A stretch of DNA of 64,000 nt from Phoronis australis (lineage: Eukaryota > Animalia > Phoronida): assembly GCA_002633005.1 (NCBI GenBank), contig NMRA01000904.1, forward strand, positions 23,413-87,412. Direction: 5' to 3'. This document shows, one piece after another, positions 25,556-37,229 of the stretch. Below the pieces are notes generated by a model, which saw only the letters and a program-made list of their open reading frames with translations, had not been told where the DNA came from and made no database searches. The translations under genes were made by a program, and so were the position numbers. The stretch's first letter is position 1. Every line of letters starts with the position of its first letter.

Positions 25556-25925
25556 TGTTCAATGCTAGTCACTGATCTCTTGTGTTCAACCCATGACGTC
25601 ACATGGCGGGAAATGTGAAAATTGGCAAAATTGAAAGAAAAATCAAAATTTCGAGCTAATTACGCAAAATAAATATGGGTTTAGCTAAATTTTACGTTAT
25701 ACATTTAGTCTGTGGCCACCGGTAATTCAAAATGTGCAAAAATCCATGGTGTGTACTGTTTAAAACCCAGTGTTCAGTGCCTAGTTTAAGAGGCGGAATG
25801 ATGGAAGGGAATGGGTAACAACCTGCGTAAAAGTTTTTGTATGGCTACAGTAGGCAAGTCGCACGCCAACAAAAATTGTACGCGGTAAATGCACATGCTT
25901 TCCTCGCCAAAAGTGTATTGGGTTT

Positions 25926-26170
25926 ATGCGCGAACCCAGCCTGTATTATGGGGGGGCCCGAATTTCCGACGATGAGGATTTTTATTGAAAAAAAGCGGGA
26001 GGACTAAAAAACGGGGTACCACCTTCGGAGCTGTGAGTTGTGTGTTTGTGCCTTTTTAATGGACTTGGAATTTTTGTTTCTCTGGGGCAGACCTTTTTGC
26101 CCACTTCGTCAAACGGGGATGGGGGCTCATTCGAGCTTCCCGACCCCCTTCCCCTGCTTGGAGCGCGCAT
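25926..26170. mobile_element. Short MITE-like repeat (copy 2)
   Basis: ATGCGCGAACCCAG...GAGCGCGCAT. Shares the internal TTTGCCCACTTCG...GGGGCTC with 3630-3884. Confidence 0.55.
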
Positions 26171-29100
26171 GGTTTGAGATATTTGTAAAAGACAGAAAAC
26201 GCAATGCCATAAAGTAGAATCGTGGCCCCCACTAAAATGATTTGTCAGCAAGTCTTGAATACAAGTTGCAATCCCGGTTTCCGCTCTATTAACAAAAATA
26301 TTTCGCGGCAAGTGTCTAGCGGGAATCCTTCGTTACGCAGCGCACCTGTGATGCCCGGTAAAACGGAACGCATTGATGGCTTTATAGACCAATCATTTTA
26401 TTATTAATTCCTTCATCCTTTCACTCATTCATTCATAGTTCCATGCATTCACTCACTCATTTATTCATTAGTTTAAAGTCCTTCTCTCAAACTGCCCATG
26501 TGGTTCCAGTATCCGAAAATACTTACTACATAAAATCCTATTTTCGACACCCTTTCTTTATATTCGTTTCGCCTTTCTTGCCAAAAGCGATTTTGAACAG
26601 TATTTGACCCTTCTCTCTGAGCTTATGATTACCGGTTGTCATCGGTTATTTCCGTACCTACATTTCCGGCTCATCAGTTCAGGAACTTGTCCTGAAAGCC
26701 GCCATTTTTTCCTTGCAACTGAATGTGCTATCGCTTGCTCGAAAAGTCTTCATTGTTTTGTTTTGTTAGTAATATCTTGTGATTCGTTTGCATATGTAGT
26801 GTATTTATAGTTTGTAGTTAGTGGTCGTTGTTGTTTTTTTGGAATGTTACGCGTACTTAGTATGTTAAAATAGCATTGGTGTTTAGTTCCTTACGTAGGC
26901 CGGTCGAACCTAGGAACCAATATGGGTCGAACCTATTTTTTCGGTTTTATTTTTTTCTCGCTTTGAAAAAGTACTTAATTTGCTATCATCGGAAAGGTAG
27001 TGCATTCTACTCAATAAAAATCGAAAAAGTATCAAAATAGGGGCAAGCAGTGTAAAGTTTTGTGGCGAAATTTGGGTCACGTTTGTTTGGATCGCGTCGG
27101 CCATATTGGAGGACAGCGGGATGAGTTACGAGTTTAAAACTTTGTTTTTAAATTGTTTTCGCCAACAAATTACGGTGAATTTTAGTTAGACATATCTTTA
27201 CTTACTATTCTGCACGATTTAACAGTGTTCACCAAATTTCAGCCTCGCAGTTGTTACTCATTAAGTGATAAATGTGCTCACAATTACCGTTGGACTTCGT
27301 CTCATTTCTGGCGGCACCGACAGCATGGCGACTTTTGCTGAACTGAAAGGCATGTTCAATCGGCTACTTTGTAATTTGTGAAGATTTAACGTTGATACAT
27401 TTTGACAAACGTCGCTACAAAAAAAGAAACTTTGTTCAATTTTCGTGTTTTTGTGCAAAAATATAAGATGTATTCGAATTGTTTTACTGTAAATTTCCCA
27501 TTCAGGTGATCTTACGCTAAGCTAAAAAAATAGTTGAAATAATTTTGAAATGGTTTTTTGTTTGACTGTCAACTGCTGTTCAAGACTTGATTCGGTGTCA
27601 CAAACTGATTCATATTTTTCTAAATTTTAAGTCTCAATTGCTTTCAAGTCATGTTTTGTAACTTATTGCTTCTTAATTCAGGNCCCATTCAGGTGATCTT
27701 ACACTAAGCTAAAAAAATAGTTGAAATAATTTTGAAATGTTTTTTTGTTTGACTGTCAACTGCTGTTCAAGACTTGATTCGGTGTCACAAAATGATTCAT
27801 ATTTTTCTAAATTTTAAGTCTCAATTGCTTTCAAGTCATGTTTTGTAACTTATTGCTTTTTATTCAGGTTAGTAAATCAACAATATGAATAATCTTAATT
27901 TGAGAAATAAGCTATGTTGGATTGTGAAGCTTCAAGCCTCTAATTCTTGTTCCCTGCAACTTCATATTTTTTTAAATGATGCTTGTCAAATTCTGGTGTA
28001 AGAAAACACTATTCCGTCACCATGGTAATAGTTACATGTATGTCCATTTTCATATCATGGAAACTTGCTGTTGAATAGTGTTTGTAATGCTAAATCTTGT
28101 AAAGTATTGTGCATTTTAAGTTACGTATTATGTTAAAAGTTTGAATCATTTTGGGTTAATGAATAAAAATGATAACATTTTGTATTGGACTTCTCATACT
28201 TATGTGCTCTAACGAGCTCCCTTTTTGGAGAACTGGAAAAAGGTCTGCCGCAGTCAGAGAAGCCCGAATTCCGAGAAAAGTAGAAAATGAGACAAAATTC
28301 CACTAGAAAACAGGAAGTACCAAAATTTAGCGTCTGCAATTCATAGCTCTGAACATACTCACTGAATCTTATCGTAAAAGATAGACATTCCCAAAAAGTC
28401 AGCTGTTTGTCGAATGATTGTGAGCGCATGTGCACATTTATCATAAGTGGGATGGAGATTAGAAACTCTGTGGTGACTACAGTTTTTCCTTCACGTGTAT
28501 TTCAGAAATCGTTAATTTCGTGTTTTTTTCTGGAAATTACCTCACAGGGCAAACTTGAAGTAGACGTTGCAAGCTCGTATTTTCGTTAGGAATCGCTTAA
28601 AATGTATTTTTGAAGTGCTTTCGCGTTCCACGCCTTTTTAATGTCTGATTTTGAACATTTTTATCAAATAAAATTTTATCATGTTATTTACACTATTGTT
28701 TGCTACCAATGTACCTTCCTGTTTGCTGAAGTTTACTAGAAAGATTGGTAAAAAGTCAAAAATAAAATTGTACGTGTACATATACTTTTAATGAGTTGAA
28801 ATGTATAGTTTTGTAGATATTTGTCTAAGTACACAGACCTGTGAACAAGGTCCTACATAACCTTAAAAGAGAGACCGTCCAAACATTACCTGTCCACCAG
28901 ATATCCCACAAATACATTGGTCAGCATTTCAAAGAATGGCTTTGCAGCCACGATTACACCAATTTCCGTTGCCCTTCTCGTTCGTGTGTCTTCGGTTTGG
29001 GTTTGATTAGCCCTCGTTTTGTTTTCACGTGACGCGTTCCACAGTGTATGACTGTTGTCCAAGCTGTTCATCATGTCCGGTAGAATAGGATCTAGATGAT

Positions 29101-31099
29101 GTAAAATGAATATAATGCAATCATCAAAACTTACCTAAATGATACTTTACTAATGCCAATCAACGTTACAACAATATAGCTTATGCATGGAAAGACGTGT
29201 TGTCAGAAAAGCAACGAGAGAATTAAATTCAAAATAATTATTTCGGGGATATTTTCAATACTTTATTCTACAGTATAGAAGAGCCACACGAGAACAAGAA
29301 TGCAAGCTGTTGTTGTTTGGACTAAGATCATTTAGTGATTGACTTTGGGAGTGTCTAGGCCTACTGCATGCTTGTTACCTGTCAAGCCAGTAATCCTTTT
29401 GCGACTGACGTGAAATAANNNNNNNNNNNNNNNNNNNNNNNNNNNNNNATCCGTGTATTGTGTTGTATTGCTCATGGTACGGGTTCAGACTCTGTTGTAT
29501 TAAGATTCCAATCCCCAACCCAATGAGTATTTTCAGTAAAATTTCAAGACAATGCAGGTTTATGGATTTATTCTCCTTAAAATGAAGAGTAAATATCAAA
29601 TTCTGCACAGGTTTTTTAAAAGTAATCAATTATTGGAAGATCACACATCTAAAAAATAAAACAATGTTTGACAATTTTATTCATTGTCTCATTTGAAAAT
29701 TGCCTACCTCACAGACAATTCATCTAAGCTGAAAATATTCCTTGTGAAAAACTATAAAATACCAACCAGAGACTTGTGCAATACAGAATATGTTTTCATA
29801 ATACAATACAAAGATAATTGTACAGTCAAAAGTGCAATTATTATGACTCTAATAAAAAAATGCCTTCTAGATCTTTTCAACACTCTAATTGTTACAGGAC
29901 AGAGTCAACCACACAAAGCCCATAAAGTCAGGGAATTACATTTAAGGTGATGTAGTCTCACTGCGAAAAAGTGATTTCGCAATATCGCTGACAACACTGG
30001 AAATCTCTTCTCCACAAACTTGAGGTAGATGTATTTACCACATCAATGTTCTTATCAAAACTAACCACCACAAAATGAAAAATTGGCATGACGGTTCCAA
30101 TTAAGCAGCATTTTACATTGAAATGGTCATGAAAAAATACTTTTGCAACATGGTTTGCATTACAATTGCCCTACGATTACAGTTGTACATACATACTAGA
30201 CCACTACCAAAATTACCCATGGGAACCATAAAATGGTCAATTCGCCAAAAAAACAAGGAGCCACCAGAGCTAATGTGCCAATACTTTTCAGTACTGCAAC
30301 AAAAATCATTTGAAGTGGACACAAACCCGGCTAGAATCACATAAAACAACTTTTGATTTAGACATTCCACCACCACGAAATAGGTATTAGTTCCAGGTCA
30401 CTTTTGAGCAATTTCAGAACTTTGAAAGATCTGGCAATATGCAATTGCCAGAGACCAGACTAATAGTGTGTGATTTTATACACACAGCATGGTCTCAAGG
30501 AATAGCAAACTGTCAATTCGCTATAATTCCAGAAATCACTTATCATCTAGATAAGGAACAAACTGAGCAAATTTTATAGAAGTAAATGGTCTAAATCAAA
30601 ACTTATTACCTCCTGGACAGAATATGGGTTTACAACACAGGTAGAAAGATAAGTTAACAAAACCAGCCTAACTGCAACAGGGTCTCAAATTTCAGTAATA
30701 TATACCCATTTACAAACAAAAATCTATAATGGTAAATGAAATGCGGAAACATAAATTCAGATCAATTATGCATCTTCAAGGAAAAGGAACAGTACAGTGG
30801 TCAGAAATCATCTAAATGTGATGGCCACACTGAGAAATCCTGTCAGACCAAAAAATCCAGTGGCTAAACAAAATGAACAATGTACCATTACCATGTGGCC
30901 CAGGATCAGGATCCGTGCCTGGACAAAAATTCGGTCTTAGACTAGGTAAATTTTAGATTTGTGCTGTTCACACAAGCAGTTCTGGTGCAAACAAAGCTTG
31001 CGACAACACACAAGCCTACTTCCCTACACAGCTGTGCTGATACAATAATGCCCCCACTGGATTTAGCAGGTCAGCCAGAGGATTTACAGGTCCAGCCAC

Positions 31100-32233
31100 T
31101 GTACTGTTTCCTCCTTTTGAATGTTTACAATGCTACATCCTTGACAGTCGCAGATTGCCTCTTTCAATGCATACTCCACTTCCTCTGTCCCAGTTTCCCC
31201 ACATTTGCTGAAAGTGGCTTATCTCAACAAATTACTATGGACCTGTTGTGGTATAAGCCAGTAATCTTTGGTAAATACTTTTTCCCCCGACTCGTTCCTC
31301 AAGCTACAAATTCTCTTTGACATATCTTCTGGGAGTAGACTTTTCGGTCCCTCTCAAGCCCCCTCACTCAGTTGTCCAGAAGGGTACCTTCTTGCTGGTT
31401 GTGAACTTTTCCATACCCAACCATTATTAATGATCAGCAAGTCTCCAACTTCAGCAGAAGCCACTTCTTCAGCATAAGCCTTTCCTGATTCCTAAAATTG
31501 TATTAATGAAAAATTAAACATATTAAATTTCATGTGGCCATTTCGGCTCAGAAAATATGAATACCAAGCTAAAACTTTACGGCTTTAGCATGTTTAATTA
31601 ACTTCATAATCCCAGAAAATCATTGGTAGACATAACATACTCCCTAGTCTCTAAAAGTAGTTCATAGGCAGAAGTTACGTTACACATTTGGTGGTTGTTA
31701 TGAAAAGTTATGATGACTACCTATTTTCTATGCCAATGTAGTTGCATAAACATCAACACATTTGAATAAGATACGATTAAGCAATAAGGCCCAAGTTATA
31801 AGCAATCACGGTGTGTCAATAAAAGTATTTTTGCATAAATGACGCGCTTCTAAAAATATTCCTCAGGGTCGGACCCTGGAGTTTAGTGATTCCTACCTGA
31901 GCTCACACGAAGCTGGACGTTGAACCTTGACTTAACGTCTTTGGTCATTTTTCAGACCTCTATCAGATTTCTCCTCTAGTGTGCAGTGGATGTTCTCAGT
32001 GTCTTTGGCGACGCTAATATATCTCGAGTGTTGTAACGATGATCTAATACGGTAGATTATGTAGCTCCTGCACACCTGCCTCCGAGGCAAGCACTGAGAC
32101 AGACTACTTCTCAGGAGGACACGTTTCCAAAGTTCTTTCTCTCCGCAATTTGTGGAAATACCACAATCGATGCGACTGGCAGTGCCAGATAAATAGATAA
32201 ATTCGCAAACCCGCACTTTAGATCAGCCATCAT
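31100..32233 (-). pseudogene. Second Sola3-like transposase remnant (first exon ~31897-32233, last exon from 31491); element ends not located
   Basis: Exon 1 starts MADLKCGF and ends ...LRVSSG|gtagg, the same intron position as LPIGSG|gtatg at 47741. The last exon reads GWVWKS...PEDMSKRICSLRNESGEKVFTKDYWLIPQQVHS. Confidence 0.65.
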
Positions 32234-33868
32234 TCAACTAACGCATTGTAAGCTTTAGTTTGGTATTCAGACGAGTTGGATGAACAAATTTAGTATAATT
32301 TCATATTTTATTTGGAAAAGCTAGTGTCCTTAAAATTAATTAAAAACATTTAAGCAAACCAATTGTTTTAATTGTTGTATTATACCACGGCATATTAATG
32401 CGTAGAAACGGCGCACAACTAGTGACTGGTTTAACATGACAAATACCCATACGCGGTCTGAAAATAGTGAAATTCAGACACCTATTACCAAGCCTGCCTG
32501 AAGGGCTGACAAAGTTTTTATTGTATTAATTTCAAGGGCATGGAGTCTTCTACATGCCCATGTTATTATTTTTAGTTTTCTCGCGGGGGCAGCTTCGCTA
32601 TAAGGGCACAACTTACTGCTGGTTTTTCACAAGACGGAAATGTCAGTCCACGGAAACAGTTCCAGTGTTACCATGGTAACCGATATTGCAGTGTCGATGC
32701 CGTTTTTACTGACATTGGTCATGAACCTATCATGTGATATCAAAATTGTTCAGAAACGATTCTGTTTGAAGCAGAAACTGGAGTAGAAAATTTGGTCAAA
32801 AATGACTCATTCCACACCAAGAAATTGCCTCATTTTGCCCCCCAGATCACTTCCCTTGTATCTCCTAAACCACCAAACTTTGTGGTGTCATACTTCACCC
32901 ATTTTCTCTCATCCCTAATGTGATTTATCAGACTAAACATGGATCTGAATGGCTGACCCCCCACCTTGCCGCTTGTTGGCTGTAGAGTGGTCGGTGGATC
33001 CGTGGACTGATACATAACATGAGAACATATCAAGTGAATTTGTAAGATTTGTTTTCCGTGGACTTATTGTTCGTGATTTCACGTAACTTCCTCAAAATGG
33101 CGCACTGTGACAGAAACGTGAGCGAACCGCGACGTTTTCATGGATAGGTTCAAGTTACTTGTAGACTAAATTGTATCCAGAGTCAGGGTATGTGTTAATT
33201 CATTATAACTCCATGGGCGCATATGCATGTTTCATTTGATTTTATTTGCTGTATTTTGAAGTGAGTAAGTTCTTATGGGGATAAACTATCGCTCCTGTAT
33301 GCTTGCGGCATTCGGCCTAGACCGGGTTGAGTTCCAATTTCAGTCCGTTCACAGCTTCGCACAACATAACAAGTTCACATTTTCTTCGTCCATTCACTGT
33401 TATTCCATGATCCATCTACCATCTTTTAAGTTGCGATAACGTTTTAAGCGTAAAATTCACCATAAGAACTCCAGTAAAATTTAGCGTGTGTTACAAAGAC
33501 TCGGGGCCAAACAATACCAATAAAGCGGGTTTTGCCCCTTTTCCGGTGACGTCACATTGACTAACGAGAAACTCGCAAGTGAGCTATTGGAATGACACTC
33601 TTATGATAGCAGCAGAAACGCGCTCGTAAAACTCAATACGTGGAAGTGCTTCAGATAAGGATAAATGAATTAAGCTCAGGCGTCGACTCTTGCCATACTG
33701 GAAGGAAGATCTGACTGCTTACCCTAAAGTACTCGTTCCACATTACTACACATCCTTGAAATGAAATGTAACTTAAGTCGTGGGAGACTAAATTCAAATT
33801 TATGACCACGGACAGTTAGATCGAAATATTTATTACATGTTCGAAAAAAGTTATCAGCAGAGACACTT

Positions 33869-34015
33869 CAGCGGCGCATGCAGGATTTTGAGTAAGGGGG
33901 CAGAGTAGAGAATTAGCCAGGATTTTGCCCGATAATCATTCGCACCCCCGAATCTAGGAGAATTTTAGGGGGGCATTGAGTCCTTTGGCTCCCCCTCCCC
34001 CTAAATCCGCCACTG
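33869..34015. mobile_element. Small hAT-like MITE
   Basis: CAGCGGCG...CGCCACTG termini with G-rich/C-rich arms; no clear TSD. Confidence 0.5.
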
Positions 34016-35173
34016 CTCTTACTAACCAGTACTGGATAGGAGACCAACTTTAGTCATTTCTAGTTTGCCTTAAGGCACTTACAACAAGTCCTTCCGTTGT
34101 CCGTGGTAGAGAGTCCCTCATTGCATCGGCACTCAAAGCCGTCGCGAAGTTCTATGCATGTGGCATGTGCTGAACACAAATCAATCCCAAAGCATTCGTT
34201 AAATTCTAGAAATAGGGATATTAAAGAAGCATATTACTCATTGACCACAACTCATCGCACGAACATCATCAAATTTAAGATGGAAGTGTGTACGGAGGGA
34301 AAACTTGGTAAACCTTTTAGCTGCAAATCGAGCCAGACAACAAATCACGAAGTACACATACACGCACGCACACGCCTATACATACATATATAAATCCTGA
34401 ATTCATTACTAAATCTGCTCATGTATATATATGTATGCATGAATGAATGCATGTATGTATCTGTGCATGTATGTATGTATACAGATACTATACTTCATGC
34501 ATTGTATTTAATGCAACATTTTCATGAAAAAATCGAAACATTAACAAAACGAAACGATATTTTTAAAAACCATCACCACATCTTTAGCTGTCTTGAATCA
34601 AAGTTATGTTAATAAAGCCGTTGTTTTAGTTATATATTGGTTTCATTAGTGATCATGCATTCTAACTAGCGCCACCTTATGCGAATTGTTGTAACTTGGA
34701 ATTACCTCCCATGTGTTTTTTTCTGTTCCTTATTGTTCACAATCCTACAATCCAACGGTTTTTTTGTCACTGAGTTTTTTCTGAAAAAGTTGTTGTCACG
34801 TTATCTAATTCATGATATCGGCAAATACTTAAAAAATCAAATGCTTAGGACTTCCTTCTTTCAGGGTATATGCGCACACTCACCCACACACACGGGTGCT
34901 CACACAAACAACACACACACGTACGCATACTTTTGTTGTAGATATTGAGCTAAATTGACATATCGCCAGGTATTTGAGTGAGGGCTTAACTGGCCAATCA
35001 GAAAGCAGCATTTGTGAAACACCTTCGTTTCCAAGCCGCCATTTGACCTGCCAAACAACACGTTGCCGAGTAAATTATTGCTTATTTGACATTTTGCAAG
35101 GTGGCGGAGCTTGCGATAGGTCAATTCTCAGACTTGTCAATCATAACCTTGGGAAAGAAGTTCGAAGACTCAC

Positions 35174-35348
35174 CAACGATTTCATATTCATTTGATTCCG
35201 TTTTTAACAGTCTGGTAATCGTTATAGAAATGTTCCGTGTTGTTTCCGAGTTGTAGGGTCTTGTGTCCACCCACGTGTAAATCAAGACTTTCACCTTGCC
35301 TGTTGCGCTTTTTCTGCAATTCACAACTTCATGTGTTTTGCTGTCGGT
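35174..35348 (-). CDS. Host gene exon: C-terminal half of SEA-like domain 1
   Basis: Acceptor ttttgtaag (phase 0) and donor G|gtgagt (phase 1): TDSKTHEVVNCRKSATGKVKVLIYTWVD...RNISITITRLLKTESNEYEIV. Aligns by eye with the C-half of the 23914-24246 exon. Confidence 0.55.
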
Positions 35349-37229
35349 CTTACAAAACGACAGTAAATACATGTAGCATGAGTGTTTATAGCGAAATATG
35401 TCTATTCCTCGACAATTTTATCCTTGTTCACGTGTCATTGGCGGCACAGCACTGACAAGAAGTGGTGGGCTATAGCCCCCAGCCCCATGTGGTGCATCAC
35501 ACATACATGTAGACTGGGTGGCACAGCATTGAGAAAAGTGGGGCTATAGCTTCCAGCCCTCTATGGTTCTGACATATACGGTTATCAGATCAAAGGCTGT
35601 ACTCCTTGCTGTTCAACTTGGAAATTGTAGACATCACTTTAAAAGGCAGTTTGGAAACTCAACCTTGTTAGTACCCGTTGTAACATTATCGGCAGGTAAT
35701 GTACACCTGCGTTTCACCCAGTTTAATTCGCTAAATAATGAGGGGGGTGGTGGGTCGAGGGGTTTGTCAGGGTCGAGGTGTTCGAGGAGGTTTTAGAACA
35801 ATCCACTCAAAAATGAACATGTTAGAGTTTATTACGGTTGGCCAACATTAAATTGCGAATTAAAAAACGACGCATGTCCTCGCTGTCTGTGATTTGAGTT
35901 GCAACTAGTCTGATTATGGTAAGTACTGTTATGAGAGCGCTTTTTTTCTAAGAGTTCCGTGCCTAATTTGATTTTTGTTTCTAGCTTGTAAAACACGGAG
36001 AAATGCAGTTTTAAAAGATGCAGTTAACAAAGAAAACAGCTTACCTCATGGAGGAGATTGTGGCCCTAACGAAATCTGTAACGCTTCCATTCAGTTTGGC
36101 ATCTGTCTGAAAGGAATGTCAGGCCCATCTTGTTACAAATTGTTAAGCCGACGTCAGCATCCTTTTAAATTTAACAGTCTTAATATGTCAGATATCCAAT
36201 ACTAAAACCGTCATAAGTGTGATAAGCGCTCTCACAGCACGATATGATCTCTAACATCAGGAAATTAATAAAGCCTTTAGGACGTCTTAATTTCTTCTGA
36301 AAACCTGTCGAAATTTCCTGAGCTTCGTCGTCCAGAATATTGCATACAAATGTAGGTAATCGATCTTCGCTAATGGGTGTCCGAGATTTCTGCCTTTAAA
36401 GAAGCGTGGAACGAGATAAGCAGACTAAATTGCAACATTTAAAGTGATTCTCTGCCACTGGAACAGAATTAAGCCTGCTCACCAAGTATTTCAGTGATTT
36501 TCTCATAAAGGTTTCTGCTGATATCAAAGCAATGTCTTACACTTCAAATTTCAAACGATCTGCTATCTGCTTGCCACTCGATTTTTGTCCCACAAGGCAA
36601 AGCACGTCTCCTTATTTGCTATTCCAAGACATTTAACGAGTAAATTTATGACAAATAGACACCCAATCTACAACAACTTGCAACAAAAGGTTTTACAGTG
36701 GTTTTATGCTCTACTGGGTATGCTTATGAAAAGGAAAAATGTCTAAAATCTGATCACCGAAAGTGGGTTACAACTGCGTCATTTCCAAGATGGCCGCCAC
36801 CGTGACGTTTCGAATCAATATAAATAGATATAATTTCTTCAATAAATTTGATAGAGACATATTTTTTGGTTTTAGTCTATGGTTTTAAGGAGTGAGCAAC
36901 TCAATACTGCGGTTAACATTAACATATGATCAGAATTTGATACAAAATTCAAGATAGCGGCTAAAATTCAAGACCGAAAAATCACTGATTTGTCCATTGT
37001 TTAAAATCTTATCCCCTATAACGAAAGCATGATTAAATGTGACTGGTTTCTGATGAATTGGCTTGCATAAAGGCAAAAAAATTGTCTAGTGTATAATTGT
37101 TTGCCTCTAATATATTTTTATTTAAAAAAAATCACACAAGGAAGCTAGAAGCCAGGGCAAAATGACAACATCTGTCTGAAGTCCCCCACAATCAGCGGCA
37201 GAGTCATCGACAATCTTGATAAGAAGTCT

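Larger units (their letters stand above)
24811..25759 (+). mobile_element. Kolobok DNA transposon, second family, internally deleted (949 bp)
   Basis: TTAA TSD at 24807-24810 and 25760-25763. Short TIR AGAGTACACAACATG vs ACAGTACACACCATG (13/15). THAP remnant on + and KolX remnant on -. Confidence 0.85.

Noticed and set aside
26405-26470. (CATT/CACT)n tract and the ATGT-type tract at ~34355-34480
   Set aside because: Ordinary degenerate microsatellites.
27497-27868. ~185-bp near-identical tandem duplication
   Set aside because: The units are separated by a single N at 27683, which points to a contig-overlap or haplotype assembly artefact.
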